Shown here: piece after piece, positions 48,214 through 63,312 of the stretch
Position numbering within the stretch: the first letter of the stretch is position 1
How the letters are laid out: each line of letters starts with the position of its first letter
Assembly: GCA_964057225.1 (NCBI GenBank)
Contig: OZ059900.1
Coordinates: forward strand, 4,278,001 to 4,342,000
DNA: 64,000 nt
From: Auanema rhodensis
Lineage: Eukaryota > Animalia > Nematoda
Direction: 5' to 3'
Notes under the pieces: model-generated
Database searches by the model: none
Told to the model about the DNA's origin: nothing
The model's input: the letters and a program-made list of their open reading frames with translations, nothing else
Program-made: the position numbers and the translations under genes

Positions 48214-50740
48214 GGTGTTGTATCCAGTAGAGCAGTCTTTATAAACTGCGATCTGTTGAGACTATCCTTTGATTGGATGTTTTGTTTTATACCTGAAAGT
48301 ATACCTTATTCTTGTTTCAAATAACGTTTTATTGATTGTATATAGCGATAGCAATATTGATACCTTATTTTAAAAAAGGTATACTTTATTTGTAAGAAAA
48401 GGTATACTTTATTTGTAAGAAAAAGTATACTTTATTGGAATATTGGAACCATTTTTCAAAAAAAAGCGCATATAAATGGTCACCCGAGAATTTTAATTTA
48501 AAAAATCAAAAATTTTGATAAAAATGGCAAATTTTACTTGATTGATTCTGTCAGCGCTGTAGCTTTCCTCAAGGATTAAGCCATATCGGGAAATTTTCCA
48601 AAACATATTTCATATATAGTGTAAAATATGTAAAAAGAGTCAGAAAATAGAATAAGACTACTCTGAAAAATAGTTTTGAAAAAAAAAATTTGCATATTTT
48701 TTCAAAAATTTCCATAATTTTTGACTAGACAAAATTTTTGGTCGGTTGGCGGTTTGGCTTAAAAAGTTCAACTTTCTACATGCATGGCTTAATCTTTTAC
48801 TTGAGCATACAGCGCTGACAGAATCAATCAAGTACGTGAAAAAAATTTTTTTGTGGTCGGTGAGCGGTTGGCATGGCTTAATCCTTGACGAAAGCTACAG
48901 CGCTGACAGAATCAATCAAGTAAAAAAAAAATTTTGTTTCTCAATTCCAATGTTAAAACTCTTTAAAAATGTGTAAAAAATGTTTTGAGAGTATCGTGAA
49001 AACATGTTGAAAAAAAAATTTTTTTTGGACTTGGAAATTTTTTTGGTCTCTGAGCTGTGAGCCTATCGCAGTTTCTCAAAAATGATGAACTTTATACATG
49101 CATGGCTTAATCTTTTACTTGAGCATACAGCGCTGACAGAATCAATCAAGTAAATGAGAGAGGAACGAAATTTTGATACCATATGTCTTCGGGGAAGTAT
49201 TTCTGAATAAATTTTTTTTTTTCGCATTTTTGCAGGGAGAAAAATTTTTTAGTGAATTTTTACAAGGGAAAAATTTTTTTTTAGAATTTTTGCAGGGAAA
49301 AATTTTTTTTTGTGTATTTTTGTAGGAAAAATTTTTTTTCGTGTATTTTTGCAGGAAAAATTTTTTTTCGTGTATTTTTGCAGGAAAAATTTTTTTTCGT
49401 GTATATTTGCAGGAAAACTTTTTCTTTGTGTATTTTTGCAAGAAAAGTAGTTTCTTCGTGTGTTTATACATGAAAACTTTTTCTTTGTGTATTTTTGCAG
49501 GAAAAATTTTTTTTCGTGTATTTTTGCAGGAAATGTAATTTGTAGGTGTATTTTTGCAGGAAAAGTAGTTTCTTCGTGTATTTTTGCGGTAAAAGTTTGC
49601 AGGGAGAAAAATTTTTTAGTGAATTTTTACAAGGGAAAAATTTTTTTTTAGAATTTTTGCAGGGAAAAATTTTTTTTTGTGTATTTTTGTAGGAAAAATT
49701 TTTTTTCGTGTATTTTTGCTTGAAAAATTTTTTTTCGTGTATTTTTGCAGGAAAAATTTTTTTTCGTGTATATTTGCAGGAAAACTTTTTCTTTGTGTAT
49801 TTTTGCAAGAAAAGTAGTTTCTTCGTGTATTTTTGCAGGAAAAATTTTTTTTCGTGTGTTTATACATGAAAACTTTTTCTTTGTGTATTTTTGCAGGAAA
49901 AATTTTTTTTCGTGTATTTTTGCAGGAAATGTAATTTGTAGGTGTATTTTTGCAGGAAAAGTAGTTTCTTCGTGTATTTTTGCGGTAAAAGTAGTTTCTT
50001 CGTGTATTTTTGCAGGAAAAACTTTTTTTCGTGTATTTATACATGAAAACTTTTTCTTTGTGTATTTTTGCAGGAAAAGTAGTTTCTTCGTGTATTTATA
50101 CATGAAAACTTTTTCTTTGTGTATTTATACATGAAAACTTTTTCTCTGTGTATTTTTGCAGGAAAAATTATTTTTCGTGTATTTATACATGAAAACTTTT
50201 TCTTTGTGTATTTTTGCAGGAAAAGTAGTTTCTTCGTGTATTTATACATGAAAACTTTTTCTTTGTGTATTTATACATGAAAACTTTTTCTTTGTGTATT
50301 TTTGCAGGAAAAATTATTTTTCGTGTATTTATACATGAAAACTTTTTCTTTGTGTATTTTTGCAGGAAAAATTTTTTTTCGTGTAATTTTGCAGGAAAAG
50401 TAGTTTGTAGGTGTATTTTTGCAGGAAAAGTATTTTACATAAAATTTTTACTGGAATGTTTCATCGGAATATAAACATTATGAAATAATATCTGAAGATT
50501 GTTACACTATTCACCGAAACGATATCACAATCGTAAGGTAGCAGGAGAAAATTTTTACAATAATTTTCGTTGTCTGCAATTTTACTTGTTCACATTGAAA
50601 AATGTGAATATTTTCTATAATGTGTCGTTTCTGTGTGATTTTTCAACTTTCTTAATTTTTTTGGTGAATTGGGAAAAAAAAATTATTCTACTTCTCGATA
50701 TTTATATTGTTTAGTAAGAAATAATGGATTCTCTATTGCG

Positions 50741-51584
50741 AATCTGATTGATTCTGTCAGCGCTGTATGCTCAAGTAAAAGATTAAGCCATGCATGTATA
50801 AAGTTCATTATTTTTGAGAAACTGCGAACGGCTCATTAGAGCAGATATGATTTTTCTCGATTTCTATGGATAACTGTGGTAATTCTGGAGCTAATACATG
50901 CTTAATAGTTGTTCTTCTTCCCAAGTTCAACGCAGTTATTAGTACAAACCAATTTAATGTTTGTTGACTCTGAATAACCCAGTTAATCGACGGTTTTACT
51001 GTCTTTTTTCGAGATTAATGTTTGCCCTATCAACCTGATGGTAATATAGAGTTTTACCATGGTGATCACGGGTAACGGAGAATTAGGGTTCGACTCCGGA
51101 GAGGGAGCCTTAGAAACGGCTACCACATCCAAGGAAGGCAGCAGGCGCGTAACTTATCCACTACTTCAGTGAGATAGTAACTAAAAATAAAAAGATCAAT
51201 CTTTTTAGATTGATTATTTCACTGAGCTGAGCTTAAATAGCTCTACAAGGACCCAGTGGAGGGCAAGTCTGGTGCCAGCAGCCGCGGTAATTCCAGCTCC
51301 ACTAGTGTAAAACGTTATTGCTGTAGTTAAAAAGCTCGTAGTTGGATCTGAGGCATTTTCTGTGATACGGCTTGCCGGTAATCATAGATGTGTCTATTTT
51401 GTCGGTTTTGTGTATGTACTTCGGTGTGTATACTGGCTCGGGTTTACTTTGAATAAATCAAAGCGCTCAAAGCAAGCGATTGCTTGTATGTGCTATCATG
51501 GAATAATAAAAGAGGACTTCGGTTCTATTTATTGGTTTGAGAGTCGAATTAATGATTAATAGGGACGATTCGGGGGCATTCGTA
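50741..51584 (+). rRNA. 18S rRNA 5' part (truncated, fused to 28S 3' end), unit 16
   Basis: Copy of 1360-2203. Confidence 0.95.
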
Positions 51585-54110
51585 GGTGTTGTATCCAGTA
51601 GAGCAGTCTTTATAAACTGCGATCTGTTGAGACTATCCTTTGATTGGATGTTTTGTTTTATACCTGAAAGTATACCTTATTCTTGTTTCAAATAACGTTT
51701 TATTGATTGTATATAGCGATAGCAATATTGATACCTTATTTTAAAAAAGGTATACTTTATTTGTAAGAAAAGGTATACTTTATTTGTAAGAAAAAGTATA
51801 CTTTATTGGAATATTGGAACCATTTTTCAAAAAAAAGCGCATATAAATGGTCACCCGAGAATTTTAATTTAAAAAATCAAAAATTTTGATAAAAATGGCA
51901 AATTTTACTTGATTGATTCTGTCAGCGCTGTAGCTTTCCTCAAGGATTAAGCCATATCGGGAAATTTTCCAAAACATATTTCATATATAGTGTAAAATAT
52001 GTAAAAAGAGTCAGAAAATAGAATAAGACTACTCTGAAAAATAGTTTTGAAAAAAAAAATTTGCATATTTTTTCAAAAATTTCCATAATTTTTGACTAGA
52101 CAAAATTTTTGGTCGGTTGGCGGTTTGGCTTAAAAAGTTCAACTTTCTACATGCATGGCTTAATCTTTTACTTGAGCATACAGCGCTGACAGAATCAATC
52201 AAGTACGTGAAAAAAATTTTTTTGTGGTCGGTGAGCGGTTGGCATGGCTTAATCCTTGACGAAAGCTACAGCGCTGACAGAATCAATCAAGTAAAAAAAA
52301 AATTTTGTTTCTCAATTCCAATGTTAAAACTCTTTAAAAATGTGTAAAAAATGTTTTGAGAGTATCGTGAAAACATGTTGAAAAAAAAATTTTTTTTGGA
52401 CTTGGAAATTTTTTTGGTCTCTGAGCTGTGAGCCTATCGCAGTTTCTCAAAAATGATGAACTTTATACATGCATGGCTTAATCTTTTACTTGAGCATACA
52501 GCGCTGACAGAATCAATCAAGTAAATGAGAGAGGAACGAAATTTTGATACCATATGTCTTCGGGGAAGTATTTCTGAATAAATTTTTTTTTTTCGCATTT
52601 TTGCAGGGAGAAAAATTTTTTAGTGAATTTTTACAAGGGAAAAATTTTTTTTTAGAATTTTTGTAGGAAAAATTTTTTTTCGTGTATTTTTGCAGGAAAA
52701 ATTTTTTTTCGTGTATTTTTGCAGGAAAAATTTTTTTTCGTGTATATTTGCAGGAAAACTTTTTCTTTGTGTATTTTTGCAAGAAAAGTAGTTTCTTCGT
52801 GTATTTTTGCAGGAAAAATTTTTTTTCGTGTGTTTATACATGAAAACTTTTTCTTTGTGTATTTTTGCAGGAAAAATTTTTTTTCGTGTATTTTTGCAGG
52901 AAATGTAATTTGTAGGTGTATTTTTGCAGGAAAAGTAGTTTCTTCGTGTATTTTTGCGGTAAATGTTTGCAGGGAGAAAAATTTTTTAGTGAATTTTTAC
53001 AAGGGAAAAATTTTTTTTTAGAATTTTTGCAGGGAAAAATTTTTTTTTGTGTATTTTTGTAGGAAAAATTTTTTTTCGTGTATTTTTGCTTGAAAAATTT
53101 TTTTTCGTGTATTTTTGCAGGAAAAATTTTTTTTCGTGTATATTTGCAGGAAAACTTTTTCTTTGTGTATTTTTGCAAGAAAAGTAGTTTCTTCGTGTAT
53201 TTTTGCAGGAAAAATTTTTTTTCGTGTGTTTATACATGAAAACTTTTTCTTTGTGTATTTTTGCAGGAAAAATTTTTTTTCGTGTATTTTTGCAGGAAAT
53301 GTAATTTGTAGGTGTATTTTTGCAGGAAAAGTAGTTTCTTCGTGTATTTTTGCGGTAAAAGTAGTTTCTTCGTGTATTTTTGCAGGAAAAACTTTTTTTC
53401 GTGTATTTATACATGAAAACTTTTTCTTTGTGTATTTTTGCAGGAAAAGTAGTTTCTTCGTGTATTTATACATGAAAACTTTTTCTTTGTGTATTTATAC
53501 ATGAAAACTTTTTCTCTGTGTATTTTTGCAGGAAAAATTATTTTTCGTGTATTTATACATGAAAACTTTTTCTTTGTGTATTTTTGCAGGAAAAGTAGTT
53601 TCTTCGTGTATTTATACATGAAAACTTTTTCTTTGTGTATTTATACATGAAAACTTTTTCTTTGTGTATTTTTGCAGGAAAAATTATTTTTCGTGTATTT
53701 ATACATGAAAACTTTTTCTTTGTGTATTTTTGCAGGAAAAATTTTTTTTCGTGTAATTTTGCAGGAAAAGTAGTTTGTAGGTGTATTTTTGCAGGAAAAG
53801 TATTTTACATAAAATTTTTACTGGAATGTTTCATCGGAATATAAACATTATGAAATAATATCTGAAGATTGTTACACTATTCACCGAAACGATATCACAA
53901 TCGTAAGGTAGCAGGAGAAAATTTTTACAATAATTTTCGTTATCTGCAATTTTACTTGTTCACATTGAAAAATGTGAATATTTTCTATAATGTGTCGTTT
54001 CTGTGTGATTTTTCAACTTTCTTAATTTTTTTGGTGAATTGGGAAAAAAAAATTATTCTACTTCTCGATATTTATATTGTTTAGTAAGAAATAATGGATT
54101 CTCTATTGCG

Positions 54111-54954
54111 AATCTGATTGATTCTGTCAGCGCTGTATGCTCAAGTAAAAGATTAAGCCATGCATGTATAAAGTTCATTATTTTTGAGAAACTGCGAACG
54201 GCTCATTAGAGCAGATATGATTTTTCTCGATTTCTATGGATAACTGTGGTAATTCTGGAGCTAATACATGCTTAATAGTTGTTCTTCTTCCCAAGTTCAA
54301 CGCAGTTATTAGTACAAACCAATTTAATGTTTGTTGACTCTGAATAACCCAGTTAATCGACGGTTTTACTGTCTTTTTTCGAGATTAATGTTTGCCCTAT
54401 CAACCTGATGGTAATATAGAGTTTTACCATGGTGATCACGGGTAACGGAGAATTAGGGTTCGACTCCGGAGAGGGAGCCTTAGAAACGGCTACCACATCC
54501 AAGGAAGGCAGCAGGCGCGTAACTTATCCACTACTTCAGTGAGATAGTAACTAAAAATAAAAAGATCAATCTTTTTAGATTGATTATTTCACTGAGCTGA
54601 GCTTAAATAGCTCTACAAGGACCCAGTGGAGGGCAAGTCTGGTGCCAGCAGCCGCGGTAATTCCAGCTCCACTAGTGTAAAACGTTATTGCTGTAGTTAA
54701 AAAGCTCGTAGTTGGATCTGAGGCATTTTCTGTGATACGGCTTGCCGGTAATCATAGATGTGTTTATTTTGTCGGTTTTGTGTATGTACTTCGGTGTGTA
54801 TACTGGCTCGGGTTTACTTTGAATAAATCAAAGCGCTCAAAGCAAGCGATTGCTTGTATGTGCTATCATGGAATAATAAAAGAGGACTTCGGTTCTATTT
54901 ATTGGTTTGAGAGTCGAATTAATGATTAATAGGGACGATTCGGGGGCATTCGTA
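54111..54954 (+). rRNA. 18S rRNA 5' part (truncated, fused to 28S 3' end), unit 17
   Basis: Copy of 1360-2203, GTGTTTATTT variant. Confidence 0.95.
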
Positions 54955-57480
54955 GGTGTTGTATCCAGTAGAGCAGTCTTTATAAACTGCGATCTGTTGA
55001 GACTATCCTTTGATTGGATGTTTTGTTTTATACCTGAAAGTATACCTTATTCTTGTTTCAAATAACGTTTTATTGATTGTATATAGCGATAGCAATATTG
55101 ATACCTTATTTTAAAAAAGGTATACTTTATTTGTAAGAAAAGGTATACTTTATTTGTAAGAAAAAGTATACTTTATTGGAATATTGGAACCATTTTTCAA
55201 AAAAAAGCGCATATAAATGGTCACCCGAGAATTTTAATTTAAAAAATCAAAAATTTTGATAAAAATGGCAAATTTTACTTGATTGATTCTGTCAGCGCTG
55301 TAGCTTTCCTCAAGGATTAAGCCATATCGGGAAATTTTCCAAAACATATTTCATATATAGTGTAAAATATGTAAAAAGAGTCAGAAAATAGAATAAGACT
55401 ACTCTGAAAAATAGTTTTGAAAAAAAAAATTTGCATATTTTTTCAAAAATTTCCATAATTTTTGACTAGACAAAATTTTTGGTCGGTTGGCGGTTTGGCT
55501 TAAAAAGTTCAACTTTCTACATGCATGGCTTAATCTTTTACTTGAGCATACAGCGCTGACAGAATCAATCAAGTACGTGAAAAAAATTTTTTTGTGGTCG
55601 GTGAGCGGTTGGCATGGCTTAATCCTTGACGAAAGCTACAGCGCTGACAGAATCAATCAAGTAAAAAAAAAATTTTGTTTCTCAATTCCAATGTTAAAAC
55701 TCTTTAAAAATGTGTAAAAAATGTTTTGAGAGTATCGTGAAAACATGTTGAAAAAAAAATTTTTTTTGGACTTGGAAATTTTTTTGGTCTCTGAGCTGTG
55801 AGCCTATCGCAGTTTCTCAAAAATGATGAACTTTATACATGCATGGCTTAATCTTTTACTTGAGCATACAGCGCTGACAGAATCAATCAAGTAAATGAGA
55901 GAGGAACGAAATTTTGATACCATATGTCTTCGGGGAAGTATTTCTGAATAAATTTTTTTTTTTCGCATTTTTGCAGGGAGAAAAATTTTTTAGTGAATTT
56001 TTACAAGGGAAAAATTTTTTTTTAGAATTTTTGTAGGAAAAATTTTTTTTCGTGTATTTTTGCAGGAAAAATTTTTTTTCGTGTATTTTTGCAGGAAAAA
56101 TTTTTTTTCGTGTATATTTGCAGGAAAACTTTTTCTTTGTGTATTTTTGCAAGAAAAGTAGTTTCTTCGTGTATTTTTGCAGGAAGAATTTTTTTTCGTG
56201 TGTTTATACATGAAAACTTTTTCTTTGTGTATTTTTGCAGGAAAAATTTTTTTTCGTGTATTTTTGCAGGAAATGTAATTTGTAGGTGTATTTTTGCAGG
56301 AAAAGTAGTTTCTTCGTGTATTTTTGCGGTAAAAGTTTGCAGGGAGAAAAATTTTTTAGTGAATTTTTACAAGGGAAAAATTTTTTTTTAGAATTTTTGC
56401 AGGGAAAAATTTTTTTTTGTGTATTTTTGTAGGAAAAATTTTTTTTCGTGTATTTTTGCTTGAAAAATTTTTTTTCGTGTATTTTTGCAGGAAAAATTTT
56501 TTTTCGTGTATATTTGCAGGAAAACTTTTTCTTTGTGTATTTTTGCAAGAAAAGTAGTTTCTTCGTGTATTTTTGCAGGAAAAATTTTTTTTCGTGTGTT
56601 TATACATGAAAACTTTTTCTTTGTGTATTTTTGCAGGAAAAATTTTTTTTCGTGTATTTTTGCAGGAAATGTAATTTGTAGGTGTATTTTTGCAGGAAAA
56701 GTAGTTTCTTCGTGTATTTTTGCGGTAAAAGTAGTTTCTTCGTGTATTTTTGCAGGAAAAACTTTTTTTCGTGTATTTATACATGAAAACTTTTTCTTTG
56801 TGTATTTTTGCAGGAAAAGTAGTTTCTTCGTGTATTTATACATGAAAACTTTTTCTTTGTGTATTTATACATGAAAACTTTTTCTCTGTGTATTTTTGCA
56901 GGAAAAATTATTTTTCGTGTATTTATACATGAAAACTTTTTCTTTGTGTATTTTTGCAGGAAAAGTAGTTTCTTCGTGTATTTATACATGAAAACTTTTT
57001 CTTTGTGTATTTATACATGAAAACTTTTTCTTTGTGTATTTTTGCAGGAAAAATTATTTTTCGTGTATTTATACATGAAAACTTTTTCTTTGTGTATTTT
57101 TGCAGGAAAAATTTTTTTTCGTGTAATTTTGCAGGAAAAGTAGTTTGTAGGTGTATTTTTGCAGGAAAAGTATTTTACATAAAATTTTTACTGGAATGTT
57201 TCATCGGAATATAAACATTATGAAATAATATCTGAAGATTGTTACACTATTCACCGAAACGATATCACAATCGTAAGGTAGCAGGAGAAAATTTTTACAA
57301 TAATTTTCGTTATCTGCAATTTTACTTGTTCACATTGAAAAATGTGAATATTTTCTATAATGTGTCGTTTCTGTGTGATTTTTCAACTTTCTTAATTTTT
57401 TTGGTGAATTGGGAAAAAAAAATTATTCTACTTCTCGATATTTATATTGTTTAGTAAGAAATAATGGATTCTCTATTGCG

Positions 57481-58324
57481 AATCTGATTGATTCTGTCAG
57501 CGCTGTATGCTCAAGTAAAAGATTAAGCCATGCATGTATAAAGTTCATTATTTTTGAGAAACTGCGAACGGCTCATTAGAGCAGATATGATTTTTCTCGA
57601 TTTCTATGGATAACTGTGGTAATTCTGGAGCTAATACATGCTTAATAGTTGTTCTTCTTCCCAAGTTCAACGCAGTTATTAGTACAAACCAATTTAATGT
57701 TTGTTGACTCTGAATAACCCAGTTAATCGACGGTTTTACTGTCTTTTTTCGAGATTAATGTTTGCCCTATCAACCTGATGGTAATATAGAGTTTTACCAT
57801 GGTGATCACGGGTAACGGAGAATTAGGGTTCGACTCCGGAGAGGGAGCCTTAGAAACGGCTACCACATCCAAGGAAGGCAGCAGGCGCGTAACTTATCCA
57901 CTACTTCAGTGAGATAGTAACTAAAAATAAAAAGATCAATCTTTTTAGATTGATTATTTCACTGAGCTGAGCTTAAATAGCTCTACAAGGACCCAGTGGA
58001 GGGCAAGTCTGGTGCCAGCAGCCGCGGTAATTCCAGCTCCACTAGTGTAAAACGTTATTGCTGTAGTTAAAAAGCTCGTAGTTGGATCTGAGGCATTTTC
58101 TGTGATACGGCTTGCCGGTAATCATAGATGTGTTTATTTTGTCGGTTTTGTGTATGTACTTCGGTGTGTATACTGGCTCGGGTTTACTTTGAATAAATCA
58201 AAGCGCTCAAAGCAAGCGATTGCTTGTATGTGCTATCATGGAATAATAAAAGAGGACTTCGGTTCTATTTATTGGTTTGAGAGTCGAATTAATGATTAAT
58301 AGGGACGATTCGGGGGCATTCGTA
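57481..58324 (+). rRNA. 18S rRNA 5' part (truncated, fused to 28S 3' end), unit 18
   Basis: Copy of 1360-2203, GTGTTTATTT variant. Confidence 0.95.
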
Positions 58325-60396
58325 GGTGTTGTATCCAGTAGAGCAGTCTTTATAAACTGCGATCTGTTGAGACTATCCTTTGATTGGATGTTTTGTTTTA
58401 TACCTGAAAGTATACCTTATTCTTGTTTCAAATAACGTTTTATTGATTGTATATAGCGATAGCAATATTGATACCTTATTTTAAAAAAGGTATACTTTAT
58501 TTGTAAGAAAAGGTATACTTTATTTGTAAGAAAAAGTATACTTTATTGGAATATTGGAACCATTTTTCAAAAAAAAGCGCATATAAATGGTCACCCGAGA
58601 ATTTTAATTTAAAAAATCAAAAATTTTGATAAAAATGGCAAATTTTACTTGATTGATTCTGTCAGCGCTGTAGCTTTCCTCAAGGATTAAGCCATATCGG
58701 GAAATTTTCCAAAACATATTTCATATATAGTGTAAAATATGTAAAAAGAGTCAGAAAATAGAATAAGACTACTCTGAAAAATAGTTTTGAAAAAAAAAAT
58801 TTGCATATTTTTTCAAAAATTTCCATAATTTTTGACTAGACAAAATTTTTGGTCGGTTGGCGGTTTGGCTTAAAAAGTTCAACTTTCTACATGCATGGCT
58901 TAATCTTTTACTTGAGCATACAGCGCTGACAGAATCAATCAAGTACGTGAAAAAAATTTTTTTGTGGTCGGTGAGCGGTTGGCATGGCTTAATCCTTGAC
59001 GAAAGCTACAGCGCTGACAGAATCAATCAAGTAAAAAAAAAATTTTGTTTCTCAATTCCAATGTTAAAACTCTTTAAAAATGTGTAAAAAATGTTTTGAG
59101 AGTATCGTGAAAACATGTTGAAAAAAAAATTTTTTTTGGACTTGGAAATTTTTTTGGTCTCTGAGCTGTGAGCCTATCGCAGTTTCTCAAAAATGATGAA
59201 CTTTATACATGCATGGCTTAATCTTTTACTTGAGCATACAGCGCTGACAGAATCAATCAAGTAAATGAGAGAGGAACGAAATTTTGATACCATATGTCTT
59301 CGGGGAAGTATTTCTGAATAAATTTTTTTTTTTCGCATTTTTGCAGGGAGAAAAATTTTTTAGTGAATTTTTACAAGGGAAAAATTTTTTTTTAGAATTT
59401 TTGCAGGGAAAAATTTTTTTTTGTGTATTTTTGTAGGAAAAATTTTTTTTCGTGTATTTTTGCTTGAAAAATTTTTTTTCGTGTATTTTTGCAGGAAAAA
59501 TTTTTTTTCGTGTATATTTGCAGGAAAACTTTTTCTTTGTGTATTTTTGCAAGAAAAGTAGTTTCTTCGTGTATTTTTGCAGGAAAAATTTTTTTTCGTG
59601 TGTTTATACATGAAAACTTTTTCTTTGTGTATTTTTGCAGGAAAAATTTTTTTTCGTGTATTTTTGCAGGAAATGTAATTTGTAGGTGTATTTTTGCAGG
59701 AAAAGTAGTTTCTTCGTGTATTTTTGCAGGAAAAACTTTTTTTCGTGTATTTATACATGAAAACTTTTTCTTTGTGTATTTTTGCAGGAAAAGTAGTTTC
59801 TTCGTGTATTTATACATGAAAACTTTTTCTTTGTGTATTTATACATGAAAACTTTTTCTTTGTGTATTTTTGCAGGAAAAATTATTTTTCGTGTATTTAT
59901 ACATGAAAACTTTTTCTTTGTGTATTTTTGCAGGAAAAGTAGTTTCTTCGTGTATTTATACATGAAAACTTTTTCTTTGTGTATTTATACATGAAAACTT
60001 TTTCTTTGTGTATTTTTGCAGGAAAAATTTTTTTTCGTGTAATTTTGCAGGAAAAGTAGTTTGTAGGTGTATTTTTGCAGGAAAAGTATTTTACATAAAA
60101 TTTTTACTGGAATGTTTCATCGGAATATAAACATTATGAAATAATATCTGAAGATTGTTACACTATTCACCGAAACGATATCACAATCGTAAGGTAGCAG
60201 GAGAAAATTTTTACAATAATTTTCGTTATCTGCAATTTTACTTGTTCACATTGAAAAATGTGAATATTTTCTATAATGTGTCGTTTCTGTGTGATTTTTC
60301 AACTTTCTTAATTTTTTTGGTGAATTGGGAAAAAAAAATTATTCTACTTCTCGATATTTATATTGTTTAGTAAGAAATAATGGATTCTCTATTGCG

Positions 60397-61240
60397 AATC
60401 TGATTGATTCTGTCAGCGCTGTATGCTCAAGTAAAAGATTAAGCCATGCATGTATAAAGTTCATTATTTTTGAGAAACTGCGAACGGCTCATTAGAGCAG
60501 ATATGATTTTTCTCGATTTCTATGGATAACTGTGGTAATTCTGGAGCTAATACATGCTTAATAGTTGTTCTTCTTCCCAAGTTCAACGCAGTTATTAGTA
60601 CAAACCATTTTAATGTTTGTTGACTCTGAATAACCCAGTTAATCGACGGTTTTACTGTCTTTTTTCGAGATTAATGTTTGCCCTATCAACCTGATGGTAA
60701 TATAGAGTTTTACCATGGTGATCACGGGTAACGGAGAATTAGGGTTCGACTCCGGAGAGGGAGCCTTAGAAACGGCTACCACATCCAAGGAAGGCAGCAG
60801 GCGCGTAACTTATCCACTACTTCAGTGAGATAGTAACTAAAAATAAAAAGATCAATCTTTTTAGATTGATTATTTCACTGATCTGAGCTTAAATAGCTCT
60901 ACAAGGACCCAGTGGAGGGCAAGTCTGGTGCCAGCAGCCGCGGTAATTCCAGCTCCACTAGTGTAAAACGTTATTGCTGTAGTTAAAAAGCTCGTAGTTG
61001 GATCTGAGGCATTTTCTGTGATACGGCTTGCCGGTAATCATAGATGTGTTTATTTTGTCGGTTTTGTGTATGTACTTCGGTGTGTATACTGGCTCGGGTT
61101 TACTTTGAATAAATCAAAGCGCTCAAAGCAAGCGATTGCTTGTATGTGCTATCATGGAATAATAAAAGAGGACTTCGGTTCTATTTATTGGTTTGAGAGT
61201 CGAATTAATGATTAATAGGGACGATTCGGGGGCATTCGTA
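60397..61240 (+). rRNA. 18S rRNA 5' part (truncated, fused to 28S 3' end), unit 19
   Basis: Copy of 1360-2203 with additional variants ACCATTTTAATG and ACTGATCTGAG. Confidence 0.95.
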
Positions 61241-63312
61241 GGTGTTGTATCCAGTAGAGCAGTCTTTATAAACTGCGATCTGTTGAGACTATCCTTTGAT
61301 TGGATGTTTTGTTTTATACCTGAAAGTATACCTTATTCTTGTTTCAAATAACGTTTTATTGATTGTATATAGCGATAGCAATATTGATACCTTATTTTAA
61401 AAAAGGTATACTTTATTTGTAAGAAAAGGTATACTTTATTTGTAAGAAAAAGTATACTTTATTGGAATATTGGAACCATTTTTCAAAAAAAAGCGCATAT
61501 AAATGGTCACCCGAGAATTTTAATTTAAAAAATCAAAAATTTTGATAAAAATGGCAAATTTTACTTGATTGATTCTGTCAGCGCTGTAGCTTTCCTCAAG
61601 GATTAAGCCATATCGGGAAATTTTCCAAAACATATTTCATATATAGTGTAAAATATGTAAAAAGAGTCAGAAAATAGAATAAGACTACTCTGAAAAATAG
61701 TTTTGAAAAAAAAAATTTGCATATTTTTTCAAAAATTTCCATAATTTTTGACTAGACAAAATTTTTGGTCGGTTGGCGGTTTGGCTTAAAAAGTTCAACT
61801 TTCTACATGCATGGCTTAATCTTTTACTTGAGCATACAGCGCTGACAGAATCAATCAAGTACGTGAAAAAAATTTTTTTGTGGTCGGTGAGCGGTTGGCA
61901 TGGCTTAATCCTTGACGAAAGCTACAGCGCTGACAGAATCAATCAAGTAAAAAAAAAATTTTGTTTCTCAATTCCAATGTTAAAACTCTTTAAAAATGTG
62001 TAAAAAATGTTTTGAGAGTATCGTGAAAACATGTTGAAAAAAAAATTTTTTTTGGACTTGGAAATTTTTTTGGTCTCTGAGCTGTGAGCCTATCGCAGTT
62101 TCTCAAAAATGATGAACTTTATACATGCATGGCTTAATCTTTTACTTGAGCATACAGCGCTGACAGAATCAATCAAGTAAATGAGAGAGGAACGAAATTT
62201 TGATACCATATGTCTTCGGGGAAGTATTTCTGAATAAATTTTTTTTTTTCGCATTTTTGCAGGGAGAAAAATTTTTTAGTGAATTTTTACAAGGGAAAAA
62301 TTTTTTTTTAGAATTTTTGCAGGGAAAAATTTTTTTTTGTGTATTTTTGTAGGAAAAATTTTTTTTCGTGTATTTTTGCTTGAAAAATTTTTTTTCGTGT
62401 ATTTTTGCAGGAAAAATTTTTTTTCGTGTATATTTGCAGGAAAACTTTTTCTTTGTGTATTTTTGCAAGAAAAGTAGTTTCTTCGTGTATTTTTGCAGGA
62501 AAAATTTTTTTTCGTGTGTTTATACATGAAAACTTTTTCTTTGTGTATTTTTGCAGGAAAAATTTTTTTTCGTGTATTTTTGCAGGAAATGTAATTTGTA
62601 GGTGTATTTTTGCAGGAAAAGTAGTTTCTTCGTGTATTTTTGCAGGAAAAACTTTTTTTCGTGTATTTATACATGAAAACTTTTTCTTTGTGTATTTTTG
62701 CAGGAAAAGTAGTTTCTTCGTGTATTTATACATGAAAACTTTTTCTTTGTGTATTTATACATGAAAACTTTTTCTTTGTGTATTTTTGCAGGAAAAATTA
62801 TTTTTCGTGTATTTATACATGAAAACTTTTTCTTTGTGTATTTTTGCAGGAAAAGTAGTTTCTTCGTGTATTTATACATGAAAACTTTTTCTTTGTGTAT
62901 TTATACATGAAAACTTTTTCTTTGTGTATTTTTGCAGGAAAAATTTTTTTTCGTGTAATTTTGCAGGAAAAGTAGTTTGTAGGTGTATTTTTGCAGGAAA
63001 AGTATTTTACATAAAATTTTTACTGGAATGTTTCATCGGAATATAAACATTATGAAATAATATCTGAAGATTGTTACACTATTCACCGAAACGATATCAC
63101 AATCGTAAGGTAGCAGGAGAAAATTTTTACAATAATTTTCGTTATCTGCAATTTTACTTGTTCACATTGAAAAATGTGAATATTTTCTATAATGTGTCGT
63201 TTCTGTGTGATTTTTCAACTTTCTTAATTTTTTTGGTGAATTGGGAAAAAAAAATTATTCTACTTCTCGATATTTATATTGTTTAGTAAGAAATAATGGA
63301 TTCTCTATTGCG